A stretch of 33,205 nt of DNA. It comes from Octopus bimaculoides. Its lineage: Eukaryota. A program made the position numbers and the translations under genes. The DNA is taken from the NCBI RefSeq assembly GCF_001194135.2, contig NC_068991.1:32695999-32729203 (forward strand), written 5' to 3'. This document shows positions 22,086 through 33,205 of the stretch, one piece after another. The notes below the pieces were generated by a model. The model was not told the DNA's origin. It saw nothing but the letters and a program-made list of their open reading frames with translations, and did no database searches. Every line of letters starts with the position of its first letter. Positions within the stretch are counted from its first letter, which is position 1.

Positions 22086-22087
22086 AC

Positions 22088-22200
22088 TTGGTCAACTCAT
22101 TCAATTTGAATTTCTCTCACTCTCTGTTAACCACTCCAGCATAGGTAACAAAATTTTCTTCATCTTTTTTGACCAAATTCTGGTTGAAGCAGTTGACAAA
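22088..22200 (-). mobile_element. Gypsy gag-like fragment
   Basis: CFNQNLVKKDEENFVTYAGVVNRE*EKFKLNELT resembles the gag segment of K02A2.6-like Gypsy polyproteins. Confidence 0.55.
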
Positions 22201-22249
22201 AAGTAGGAGGAAACATATAACTTATACATATATATATATATATAACATA

Positions 22250-22940
22250 TAATGCTGGAAGTTCCTATGGGACAATCTACCGAGGGCTGCAGACCAAGTC
22301 TGTGGCTGGTGCAAAGTCTTGGACAGCCAAAAGGTGACATGCTAGTGGAACTGAGGTAAGCAGAGTTGTAAAAGACAAGCCTAGAAAAAAAAGTTAGCAA
22401 CAGAGAATTATCATATCAGGGAGCCAGAAAGGAAGCTAAGTAACAAGTTTAAGTAACAGAAAGTAAGAAATTTGCCAATGTTTTACAGTGTGAGAATCAG
22501 AAATGTGAAGAATTCCAGATTGCAAGACAAATTTATCAGAGAGAATTGAAATGTTGTGGGTGAGAAGTGTGAGCAAATGGACAATGGTATACTTGTATTT
22601 TGTGATTCTAAAAAGAAAGTAGCATGGAAATGTTACCATGCAAGTATATTAAACACAGAGAATGCATAAGAGAAAGGATGTATACCCAATGTGATCCCAA
22701 AAGAAGGGCTAGCTATCCTAGTAGATAGCAGTATCATAGATAAAACAATGATGGATACAAAGACAAAGAAAGCCCCTGATCAATCACAAATCACCACTGA
22801 GATGCTTAAAATATCTGGCAATGTAGGATATGGACTAGTCACCCATAGAGTTAACCAGGTTTACAGAAAGGTATTGTACCCAATAACTGATGTAGCAACA
22901 TTATAGTCAGCTGTTACAACGATAAAGAAGATGCCTTAGA
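22250..22940 (+). mobile_element. Old RTE-LINE fragment (EN-RT linker and RT start)
   Basis: WKFLWDNLPRAADQVCGWCKV and KAPDQSQITTEMLKISGNVGYGLVT match the reverse complement of 3300-3940 and 31260-31460. Confidence 0.75.
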
Positions 22941-23233
22941 TGTGTGTGTGTGTGTGCATATGTCTCTTTCCACATGTCTTCCTACAGACATTGAGCAGGT
23001 AACTGTGAAGTTGTTTACAGCTCCTGTAGACAATACATCATGTAGTTTAGCAGATTTGTGTGGTGAGCTGTAGAATAGAAATATTTTACTTTTAAAACAA
23101 GATTAGGTAAAAGAAAGGATATCTTGTAGAATAATAAGTCACTCCTAACTTATGCCAGCATGGAGAAAGCAGATTAATGTTGATGAATGAGTATAAATAT
23201 ATGGTACTGTGTAAATTATAAAATGTAACATAC

Positions 23234-23341
23234 CTTTACTTGGTGTTCAGGTAAGACGTCTATTGTAACTTCATAAAACTTTGTCATTTGTTTACAAATA
23301 TTCCTAAAATGCTGAGATGGCATTGGAGGCTTAGCATCCCA
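23234..23341 (-). CDS. VPS54: VPS54 coding exon (108 bp, phase 0-0): WDAKPPMPSQHFRNICKQMTKFYEVTIDVLPEHQVK
   Basis: Acceptor aatgtttttcag, donor gtatgt; matches recalled Vps54 YEVKAPVPSACFRNICKQMTKMHEAIFDLLPEEQ. Confidence 0.93.
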
Positions 23342-24293
23342 CTGAAAAACATTATAAAATGCAGAGAATTTATTTTGATAATTGATAATTTTCTTAACTC
23401 TTCTATGACCATCTGTTAATATAACTGGTAGTGCGTTCATCTCCCAAGGGAAGATAACCCTGATCCTATTAAATTTATCTCCTTATGGCCATATTTACTG
23501 ACTAGAATGTTACTTGTCATAAGACAGTTCATGTTGGGAACATCTTTGTCAATGTTGGCAATATCAGGTAATGTTTTGCATAAGAAATTTGTAAAAGTGT
23601 TAAATAGGAAGCAACAGATGATTTGATTATGTCATTAACAATCAAACATCAAACATTTTGATTTGAATAGACGATTAGTTCAAGGCTGTGGAGTTGGTAC
23701 ATAAAACCAACTTAGAGCCTTCTGTTTGTAATTAGACTAATTACATATTTCTTATAATGATTGAAAACACACAACATACATGCACAATTTGAGCACCCTT
23801 ATCTGTTAAAGTTTGGGTTTAAAGGCTTTACTTATGTCATTATGGCTGTTTTTATAAATCATTGGAGAAATTATAAAGGTAGTAAGCTAGCAAAAAAATT
23901 AGAGCTGGAAAAATTGCTTTGTGCTATGTCTTCTGGCACTTCACATTCTGAATTCAAATCCTTGTGATGGCATTGCTTTCATCCCTCAAGGGATGATAAA
24001 ATAATGTATCAGTCTAGTACTGAGGTTGATGTAATCAACTAATCCCCTTTCTTGTAGCATTATTTAAGAAGTTACAAAGATAACACAAAACATTCAAAAT
24101 TTAAAAAAAGAAGCTGTTTTTATCAAAACATTATAAAGTAAAAGAATGTAAAGGAAATAAAGCATGACACTTATAAAACTATGGTAGCCACTGATACTAA
24201 CTACTATGCTATACATTAAATAATGTAATCTTAGATAAACTATGGCTAAATTACTGGTGATTTAAAAGTATAAAAAAAACTGGTAAAACTAAC

Positions 24294-24374
24294 CTTCAAA
24301 ATATAAGATTCTGTTGATACATCCATAATTGCAACTAATTTATTTGATATTTCATCTATGTGGTCTGTGTAATC
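24294..24374 (-). CDS. VPS54: VPS54 coding exon (81 bp, phase 0-0): DYTDHIDEISNKLVAIMDVSTESYILK
   Basis: Acceptor gcttttttttaaag, donor gttagt; matches recalled Vps54 DYHDHIAEISAKLVAIMD. Confidence 0.92.
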
Positions 24375-25319
24375 CTTTAAAAAAAAGCACAAAAGAATTA
24401 ATAGAAACTTAAAATTCAGTTCTAAAGGGTGTTAAACATTTTAAGCTTTACAATAAGCCTTTCAGAGTGTTTATATATATACATACGTGTGTCCACAATT
24501 GTCCTCTTACCACCAGATAAAAAAGGACTTTCATTTCCATGGTAGTGAGTCAATTCTACAGAATTCTTAATTCTTGAGATTATCTCTCCTTCTCATTATC
24601 TACACTTCAAGAGAAGGTTAACAAATTGCCTAATGGCAATTGTCACCAGGCATTTGTATACCCTATCTCAAAGTAAAGATAAGTGTAACAAATCAATAAT
24701 TTATCTTGTATGGTATTTCATACAACATAATACTTAGCTAATTTTTGTTTATATAGGTGCATACATGGTTGTATGGTTCAGAAAGAAGTTTGTCTCAGAT
24801 TCAGTCTCACAGTGTGGCACCTAGTACAACTATCTCCTACTGTAGCCCTTGACCACCCAGCGCGTGCATGTGTGTAAAACAAAAATAGCTAAGAGAAATA
24901 ACTCAAAGAGAGAACTAGCAAGAATTTGGACAACAAAGGCAAATAAAGATATAATGAATAGCATGCAAGATAAATTGTTGAATAAGGTGCACATCTGCAG
25001 ACCAAACTCTGGATCTGGAAAATGGAACATATGCTGTTGTTCCTTCTTTTTCTGTCTATGGGCATATTGTGTTATTGACAGAATGTGTGCATTAATAATA
25101 ACATTGTTAGTTAAAAATCTATAGATCTGTTCTTATAGTACATAATAGTAAAATGCACACACACACACATACACAAACATGTTGCAGGCTTCTTACAGTT
25201 TCTGTCTACCCAGGACTACTACACATCTTTAGGTCAGTCAAGAGGCCATTATATCTAGCATTCATTCAACTAAAGAAAGCCTTTGAAATGGTTCCCTACA
25301 GTGCAATTTTGGGATCGCT

Positions 25320-26420
25320 ATGAAGACTAGGATTAGATGAAATGGCATGTATGTAAGAACTGTACAAGCCAAGTATAAAGGTGTTGTCAATAAAGTGAGT
25401 TAGCAATGAGTTCAACAATGAATTTAGTGTTCAAGTAGGGGTTTATCAGTCTATCCTCAGCTTTCTTCTGGCCATTCTAGTTGTCTAAATTATAACCAAG
25501 GAGTTAAAGACCAGATGTCTATGGGAACTCATGTAAACTGATGGTATAGCTCTTATAGCTGAATCAGTAGTGGAGCCAGATAAAAAAAAGTCCAGATGTG
25601 GAAGCAAAACCTAGAACTGAGAGAACTCAAAGTTAACTTAGTGAAGATTAAAGTATTAGTAAATAGGAGATAAGATAGAGCCCTGCTACCATCTAGGAAC
25701 TGGTCATTTCAGTATGCAGAAAAGGAGTAGGTAAGAATTCCACATGGTGTACCCAGAGTAAACTATGAACACACTAGAGATGCAGTGGTGTCATAGGCAG
25801 ACTAATAAAGAAAGGAAACTTCATATGCTACAGGTACACGGGGACAATTAACAATAAGAACTCATGGGAAACAAATGACTAGAAAGTTCTCTAGATAATT
25901 TCTACTATTTAGATGATCTAATTAGCAGTGAGATGGATAGTCTCAAAGTATAGTAGCCACAGTAAGAATGGGCAGGGAACTATTATCTTTGCTAGCAACA
26001 AAAGATTTCCCTCACAGAATAATGAGCAGATTGTATGATGCATGTATTTAAAGTGTGATACTGCATGGTAGTGAGATATGGGCTTTGAATGCAGAAGATT
26101 TACAAAAACTAGGAAGAAATAAAGTGAACATGCTTCTCGGGATGTATAATGTAAGTGTACAAGCAGGGCCGATAAAGTATTAATGAACTGAAAGGATAAG
26201 AAGTGATATGCAAAAGGCTATACTAGCATGTGATGTGTATGAAAGATGCTAGCTGATAAAAGGAGTGTCACACGTGGGAGAGGGAACAAGAAAGACTGGG
26301 ACAAAGTGCTGAAGCCTGACCTCATATAAGAGACAACAACAACCATGCTGACTGGTAATACAGAGTATTGGAGAAGACTTGACCACAGAGGACATATCCA
26401 GTTGTTCCACCATGATGAAT
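25320..26420 (+). mobile_element. Highly decayed RTE-LINE 3' portion
   Basis: Remnants of VRTVQA.Y, VQVGV.Q, CLWEL, KVSLVKIKVL, LYDACI..VILHGSE.WAL, homologous to 31700-32900. Confidence 0.75.
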
Positions 26421-26519
26421 TGAAAGTCACAAGAATGGTGGTAGTGATGCAAACAGATGTATAATATATTTATATACATGTGCAGGCCTAGGAGTGTGGT
26501 TGTATGTATCTACAAAATA

Positions 26520-28520
26520 ATGGCTGTGTGACTAAAAGTGTCTAGAAGGTTGGAATTCTTGTGCGTGAGGAACATGCATTTTTAATCTGGGATGTGACAC
26601 AAGACACAAAGAAGAATAAAAGGGAATGTTGTATGGCTGTTGATTTGGATATGGTTCTGTACAACACAAACTGTTGAAAGCAATGGACTTCTTTTATATA
26701 CCAGAAAAGATTAAAGATGTGATGAGAAGCTACTATAACAATTTCAAAATGAGGTTCACAATAGAAACTGAAATTGCTGCAGATTACACAATATCAATCA
26801 CTTGGTTTGTGTTTGTTATAAAGATGCTCCTTAGATTAGCAGACTGCTCATAAAAAAAGGCTAAAGTGAAATCACCTATGAAGGCATTCATGGGTGACAT
26901 AACAATACTAACAAGAGACCAAAAGGATATGTAAATAGTTCAGGATAGACTGGATGAAATAATTACTTGGTCAGAAATGCAGTTTAAAGCAAATAAGTCA
27001 TGCAGTTTGACATTCATCAAAAGTTGGTAGAAGCAAATGAAGTTCAAAATAACAAGGTAAACCATGCCAACAGTTAAAAACAAACTTGTAAAAAGTTTAG
27101 GATGATGGTATCCTGACTTGTCCAATAAAAATAGAGGCACTGACATCATGGTACAAAATGAGGATGGGTTAAAAACAATAGACAAAACTATCAGGTAAAT
27201 ACATGATTAGGTGCTTGCAGTTTGGTCAATATACTTGTACTGCTTGGCTCCTGCTCATACATGATGTAGCACTGTTGAGAGGAAATGGTTTGGTTTACTT
27301 CAAATAATTAACAGTTCAGGACTATTTTGAAAGATGCAAAAAGTCATGATGCTGAGGAAGATTGAAGACATAGAAATATGGGATAATCTGCCAGATGTCA
27401 AAACTGCATGAAAATGGTGCGCAGAAAAAGAAACTGATACATAACAACATCACTTGAACATTGAGATATAGTGGGAGCAATTCGAAGTAACTGGAAAGGT
27501 ATCAGTTGTAATCTATTTAAACCACAGAGCTATTGTTAGGAGCTGTGTCAAAGCTAGAGAAGCATAGAAAAGGGAACTGTATTTGATTAAAATGCCCTCA
27601 GCAAGGTCAGATGACCAAGTGGGAAGTAGTAGTTACTGAAAGGAAGGTGGGTTGGGATGAGATCTGGAGGTGGATTGCATCGTGGTCGAGCTTCTTTCTT
27701 CAGGCTACCTATGATGTACTGCCATCACAAACAATTTACTGAGATAGAAATAGTGAATGATGACAAATATAAATGCAGTAAAGTTGGTACGCTAAAGCAT
27801 ATTTTATCTAACTGTTCAATGGTGCTGGAAACATACTCATGGAATAACAATGAGGTCCTCAAAATTCTCTATAGTGCCGCTAAGAAGCAGATGGAAATGA
27901 TCAATGGCGGCAAGAAACCACAGAAGGATGACAGTAAACAGTTTATTAAATCTCTTCATCAAAGTCAAGATGGTTAACAAAAACTGAGATGGAGTTTGGG
28001 AGGTAGCAGTAGATCTTGCAGAGTACGAATGTTTCTTTCCAATACCAACAAAGAAGCTTAATATGACAATATGTGCGAGGAATGCAAGATAATACACTTT
28101 GTTGAATTAACTGTTCCTCATGAAGAACATACAGATGTATCTCAGGTTTGGAAAGATGAGCATTATGAGATGCTACTTGAAGATTGTGGTTGGTGTACAC
28201 TTCTCTGTAGAAGTTGATGTAGGGGTTTTATTGGAATCAGATTGAGATAGAAGCTGCTATCAACTGGCATCAACCGGCAAGTAAAAGCCATCTTTAAATA
28301 GATTCAGGTGATAGTAGAGAGAGTCAATCATTGGGTAAGGCTGAAAAGGAATGATGAAATCTAGCTGGAGAGATGATAACCCTGAAATGGACTTGAGGTT
28401 AAAAACCAGTAGGTGGGGCCTCACCTCACATCAGTGGGGGAGAGGGGACAGAGTGCTATAAAGCCATCAAGAGGAAGGTCCTGAAAGTGTGTATTCTCTC
28501 CTGATGATCCCTAAAACCTA
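26520..28520 (+). mobile_element. HERO-like non-LTR retrotransposon remnant (RT + CCHC + restriction-like endonuclease)
   Basis: MDFFYIPEKIKDVMRSYY; AFMGDITILT; TWSEMQFKANKS; VKSLG*WY; CSKVGTLKHILSNC..YSW; WEVAVDL; FVELTVPHEE; CRGFIG. Clade name is from recalled motifs. Confidence 0.75.
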
Positions 28521-28559
28521 CTGGCATTCAGTATGCAGAGTTTGCGACTGACTGCACAT

Positions 28560-28925
28560 GCATAAGCCATTTGACTGGGACTGGTAAGCTGAAGAGCTGT
28601 ACCAGGCTCCAGTATGATTTGGCTTGATTTCTACAGCTGGATGCCCTTCCTAATGCTAACCACTTGAGGAGTTTAGTGGGTACCTTTTACATGTCACTGG
28701 CATGGGTGTCTTTTATACGTCACTGGCACTGGCCACAACTACAATTTCACTTAGCTTGATGTGTCTTCTCAAGCACAGCAAATTGCCAAAGGTCTCAATC
28801 ATTTGTCATCACCTATGTGAGACCCAACATCTGAAGATCATGCTTCACCAACTCATCCTGTCTTCCTGGGTTTACCTCTTCCACAGGTTCCCTCCACAGT
28901 TAGAGATTGGCACTTCTTTACAAAG
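28560..28925 (-). mobile_element. RTE-LINE 3' end fragment
   Basis: Homologous to 1390-2070 (ctacagctggatgcccttcctaatgctaacc; gatcatgcttcacca). Confidence 0.8.
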
Positions 28926-29019
28926 CTGTCCTTATCCACAGAGAGAAAGAGAGAGCACGACAAACAGACAGTCTCAAGTTCAGTCCCACAGTATGGCATC
29001 TTGGGCAAGTGTCTTCTCA

Positions 29020-29312
29020 GTACTCACCTGACCTTGCACCTTCGGATTATCATTTATTAAGATCCCTGAAAAATTCTCTTAATAGGAAAAACTTTGATTC
29101 TTTAAAGGAGTGTAAAAACTACCTAGACCAGTTCATGACCCAAAAAGATGCTAAGTCCTGGGAGGATGGGATCATGAAGCTGCCTCAAAGATCGCGAAAT
29201 GTTTTGGAACAAAATGGGAAACGTGGTTGAGTAAAGATATGCATAACCATGTAAATATTGTTAATGAATTTTACTTAAAAAAACGCTATGCACTTTTTTT
29301 TACCAACTCAAT
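29020..29312 (+). mobile_element. Mariner 3' fragment
   Basis: YSPDLAPSDYHLLRSL..FDS..GIMKLPQR..VLEQNG, then TIR-like ttttaccaactcaa-TA. Confidence 0.85.
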
Positions 29313-29334
29313 ATATATATATATAGTGAATAAC

Positions 29335-30355
29335 TTCCATTAACTAGGTGACCAAGTCAGTAGCGGGGGTGGATGCTCCGAGAACATAGCAGCTAGAATA
29401 AGAATAGGTTGGGTAAAATCCAGAGAGCTCCTACATCGGTTGGTAACAAAAGGACTCTCTCTCTCAGAGTGAAAGGCAGATTGTATGATGCCTGTGTGTG
29501 AACAGCCATATTACATGGCAGTAAAACATGGTCTGTGACTGCTGAAGACATGCACAGGCTTGAAAGAAATGAAGCTAGTATGCTTTGCTGGATGTGTAAT
29601 GCCGGTGTGCATGTACAACAGCGTGTAAGTGTCTTGAAAGAAAAGGTGGGCATAAGAGGCATCAGATGTGGTGTACAAGAGAGATAATTGTGTTGGTACA
29701 GTCATGTGATGAGTATGGATGTGAACAGTTGTGCAAAGAAGTGCCGATCTCTATCAGTGGAAAGAAGCTGTGTAAGAGGTAGACCCAGGAAGACATGGGA
29801 TGAGGTGGTGAAGCATGATTTTCAAATGTTGGGCCTTATGGAGGCAATGACTAGTGACCAAGACCTTTGGCGATATGCTGTGCTTGAGAAAACCCATCAA
29901 GCTAAGAGAAATCATAGCTGTGGTCATTGTCAGTGTCATGGAACTGGCACCTGTGCTAGTGGTACGTAAAAAGCACCTTTGGAGTGTTGGGCCTCACGGA
30001 GGCAATGTGGCCGAAGCTGGCCTTGCGTAACTAGCACCTGTGCTGGTGGCACATAAAAAGCACCTTCCATATGGTGGCCCTCACAGAGGCAATGACAAAT
30101 GACATGCTTGAGAAGAAGACCCATCAAGCCAATTGAAATTGTAGTCATGACAGATACTGGTGTCACGCTACAGACACCCATGCCAGTGGCATGTAAAAGC
30201 ACCAATTACAATCTCAGAGTGGTTGGTGTTAGGAAGGGCATCCAGCTGTAGAAACCATGCCTAATCAGATTTGAGTCTGATGCAGCCCTGGTCAAACCAC
30301 CCAACCTATGCTAGGATGGACAACAAACATTAAATGATGATGAGGATGATGATAT
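29335..30355 (+). mobile_element. 5'-truncated RTE-LINE with 3' UTR and (GAT)n tail
   Basis: LGDQVSSGGGC..RIGWVK..LYDACV..CWYSHVM..RGRPRKTWDEVVKHD; duplicated UTR unit at ~29946-30095; tail ..acattaaatgatgatgaggatgat. Confidence 0.88.
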
Positions 30356-30876
30356 GTATGTATGTATGCATGCATGTATGTATTACCATTAATGCAGATA
30401 GACATCTAAATATAGATAATTACTCATAATATAAATATGCATCATTAGAAACATAAAAACAGGACATTGCCTTGAGAATATACCTTAGTTCCTCATCATT
30501 ATATCAATCTCTCCTCCACATTATTCTACCGTCCCATATATAATGTTGAGTAGCACTGCATTTCCTCCTACTCGACTTCACATTCTCCAACTTCAATACG
30601 CTCTGACTATATCACTCTGAATCACTCTCACTAAAGCCCCAACACTGTCTTTCCCTTCCCTCTTATTACCCACTTCCCTTTATTTTTCCTTCACATGCCA
30701 CTTCACCCACCCATGTGTAAGTTGGAGTAGTGCTACACCACTCTTATTCAAGCCGCACTACCAACTACCTCTCATAACCTATATATATATATATATATAT
30801 ATACACCAGTGTAAGCACATAAATGTGAAACAAAGTGGAAAAAATAGTACTCAAATACCACATATATATATATATA

Positions 30877-30999
30877 NNNNNNNNNNNNNNNNNNNNNNNN
30901 NNNNNNNNNNNNNNNNNNNNNNNNNNNNNNNNNNNNNNNNNNNNNNNNNNNNNNNNNNNNNNNNNNNNNNNNNNNNNNNNNNNNNNNNNNNNNNNNNNN
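30877..30999. other. Assembly gap (N run)
   Basis: N characters. Confidence 1.
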
Positions 31000-31142
31000 G
31001 GAGTGGTTGGTGTTGGGAAGGGCATCCAGTTGTAGAAACTTTGCCAGATCAGATTGGAAATAGGTGCAGCCTTCTGGCTCGCCAGCCTTCAGTCAAACAG
31101 TCCAACCCATGCCAGCATGGAAAGCGGACGTTAAACGATGAT
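31000..31142 (+). mobile_element. RTE/SINE 3' tail
   Basis: gagtggttggtgttgggaagggcatccag...ggacgttaaacgatgat. Confidence 0.8.
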
Positions 31143-31157
31143 ATATATATATATAAA

Positions 31158-33205
31158 TATGAAAGGCTGCTGTATGTAGAGAATGAATGGGAGGAGGAGA
31201 GCCTGCCAAATGTTGACCCAGTAGAGGGACCAGCTACCCGAATAGATAGCACCTTGGTAGATAAAGCAATTAAAGAGATGAAGTCAGGAAAAGCCCCAGG
31301 CCCATCAGGAATCACTGCTGAGATGCTTAAAATATCTGGTGGTGTGGGTCATGGCCTAGTCACCTGTATTGCAAACCAGGTAGTTTACGAAGGAGTCATA
31401 CCAAATGACTGGCGTAGCAGCACCATAGTCAACTGCTACAAAGGTAAAGGTGATGCTTTAGATAGAAATAACTACAGGGATATCAAACTGCTGGATCAGG
31501 TGATGAAGGTCACGGAGAGGGTTATAACCCAACTAATTAGGGAGAGAATCTGCTTAGATGAGATGCAGTTTTGTTTTGTTCCAGGTAGAAGCACTGCTGA
31601 TGCTATATTCCTTGTACGGCAACTGCAGGAGAAATACCTAGCTAAAGATAAAACCCCTATACTTGGCTTTTGTTGACTTGGAGAAAGCCTTTGACAGGGT
31701 CCCCCGATCCCTCATCTGGTGAGTGATGCGGAAACTGGGGATTGACGAGTGGTTAATAAGAGCTGTACAGGCTTTGTACAGGGATGGCGTTAGTAAGGTA
31801 AGGGTCAGCAAACAGTATAGCAGCGAATTCCGGGTAGAAGTAAGGGTTCATCAAGGATCAGCCCTCAGCTCCCACTTAATCATCATACTCCTCCAGGCAA
31901 TAACAGGAATTCAAGATAGGCTGAGAAGTCCTCTATGCTGTTGACCTTGCTCTCATAGAGGAATCACTACCAGAACTAGAGAAGAAATTTCAGGTGTGGA
32001 AGGAAGGTTTAGAATCGAAGGGCCTTAGAGTCAATGTTGCAAAAACCAAAGTTCTAGTAAGTAGGAAGGCGAACACATCACAAACCCCTTCAGGTGGATG
32101 GCCTTGCTTGATCTGTAGAAAAGGCGTAGGTAGAAACTCTATAAGATGTACCTAGTGTAAGCTATGGACACATAAGAGGAGCAGCAATATCAAAAGAAGG
32201 CTAACTAGGAAGATAGTTTTTGTATGTGGCAGATGCTCAGAAGCAGTAAACACTGAAAATGAGCAGAGAACAACTTCTGCCACATTCAAGGGAGAAAAGC
32301 TAGAAGTAGTTGATAGCTTCTGTTACTTAGGTGACCAAGTCAGTAGCTGGGGAGGGTGCGCTGAAAGTGTAGCTGCTAGAATAAGAATAGCCTGGGCAAA
32401 GTTCAGAAAGCTCCTACCTCTACTAGTAACAAAGGGCCTCTCACTCAGAATGAAAAGTAGATTGTATGATGCATGTGTGCAAACTGCCATGCTACACAGC
32501 AGTGAAACATGGGTCGTGACTGCTGAAGACATGTGTAGGCTCAAAAGAAATGAAGCTAGTATGATCCACTGGATGTGTAATGTCAGTGTGCACCCATGTC
32601 AGTGTGCACACATGTCAGTGTAAGCACCCTGAGAGAAATGTTGGATATATGAAGCATCAGATGTGGTGTGCAAGAGAGACAACTGCGCTGGTATGGTCAT
32701 GTGTTATGTATCGATGAGGAGAGCTGTGTGAAGAAGTGCCACTCCCTAACAGTGGAAGGAACCCGTGGAAGAGGGAGACGCAGGAAGACATGGGATGAGA
32801 TGGTGAAGCATGACCTTCAAACGTTGGGCCTCGCAGAGGCAATGACAAAAGACCAAGACCTCTGGAGATATGCTGTGATTGAGAAGACCTGGCAAGGAAA
32901 GTGAGATCACTGCTGTAGCCTACACCAGTATAGCATAACCAGCCCATTTAAAAAGTACCTTTGAATTGTTGGGTGACATGCTGTGCTTGAGGAGACCTAC
33001 TGAGTCAAGTAAATCAAAATCAAATCAAATGGAAATTATAGTTGTGGCTGATACCAGTGTTGGTGGCACAATAAGCACCATTCATGTGTGGGTCAGTGCC
33101 AGAGGTGCCTGACTGGCTCCTGTGTTGGTGGCACGTAAAAAGCACCAAATCCACTCTTGGAGTGGTTGGCATTAAGAAGGGCATCCAGGTGTAGAAACAT
33201 TGCCA
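31158..33205 (+). mobile_element. 5'-truncated RTE-LINE (RT + 3' UTR), runs off the window
   Basis: YERLLYVENEW..KSGKAPGPSG..KGKGDAL..QFCFVPGRSTADAIF; LEKAFDRVP; HQGSALS; RQLRWYGHV; relatively well preserved but with stops. Confidence 0.92.

Noticed and set aside
22250-22360. Exon-like segment with strong donor gag|gtaagc
   Set aside because: Translates as RTE linker (WKFLWDNL..DQVCGWCK), homologous to the reverse complement of 3880-3940.
24830-25124. Short ORFs on both strands upstream of the first VPS54 exon found
   Set aside because: No similarity to the expected preceding Vps54 exon or any recognisable protein; that exon is probably outside the window or in a gap.
28480-28512. GAAA..TA..CTGATGA in HERO-like 3' UTR as a type II hammerhead
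   Set aside because: Stems I and III cannot be formed.
30520-30760. Possible RTE endonuclease remnant on the minus strand
   Set aside because: Only faint resemblance (GKDSVGALV..); too decayed to call.
1-33205. CRISPR arrays, rRNA, bona fide tRNA genes
   Set aside because: None seen; tandem repeats lack spacer structure and tRNA-like sequence is limited to degraded SINE heads.

Overview
AT-rich animal genomic DNA, most likely a cephalopod (octopus-like, inferred from the RTE-LINE tail and SINE families); two N gaps. Three in-phase minus-strand exons (24294-24374, 23234-23341, 11685-11779) splice into the C-terminal region of the GARP subunit VPS54, so at least 11.7-24.4 kb, and possibly the whole window, is intronic. 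Most other sequence is decayed mobile DNA: several RTE LINEs, at least five Penelope-like element (PLE) pieces (one near full length with RT + C-terminal GIY-YIG), three mariner remnants, a Chapaev3-like transposase apparently nested in a Gypsy remnant, a HERO-like RLE retrotransposon, a long-TIR MITE, a solo LTR, SINE pieces and microsatellites. The best hidden signals are type I hammerhead-ribozyme motifs with palindromic (dimer-type) stem III, one with an intact core (348-431), and many fold-back structures, including a ~335-bp palindrome carrying two oppositely oriented hammerhead-like cores. All alignments were done by eye; element boundaries are approximate unless exact junctions are given.
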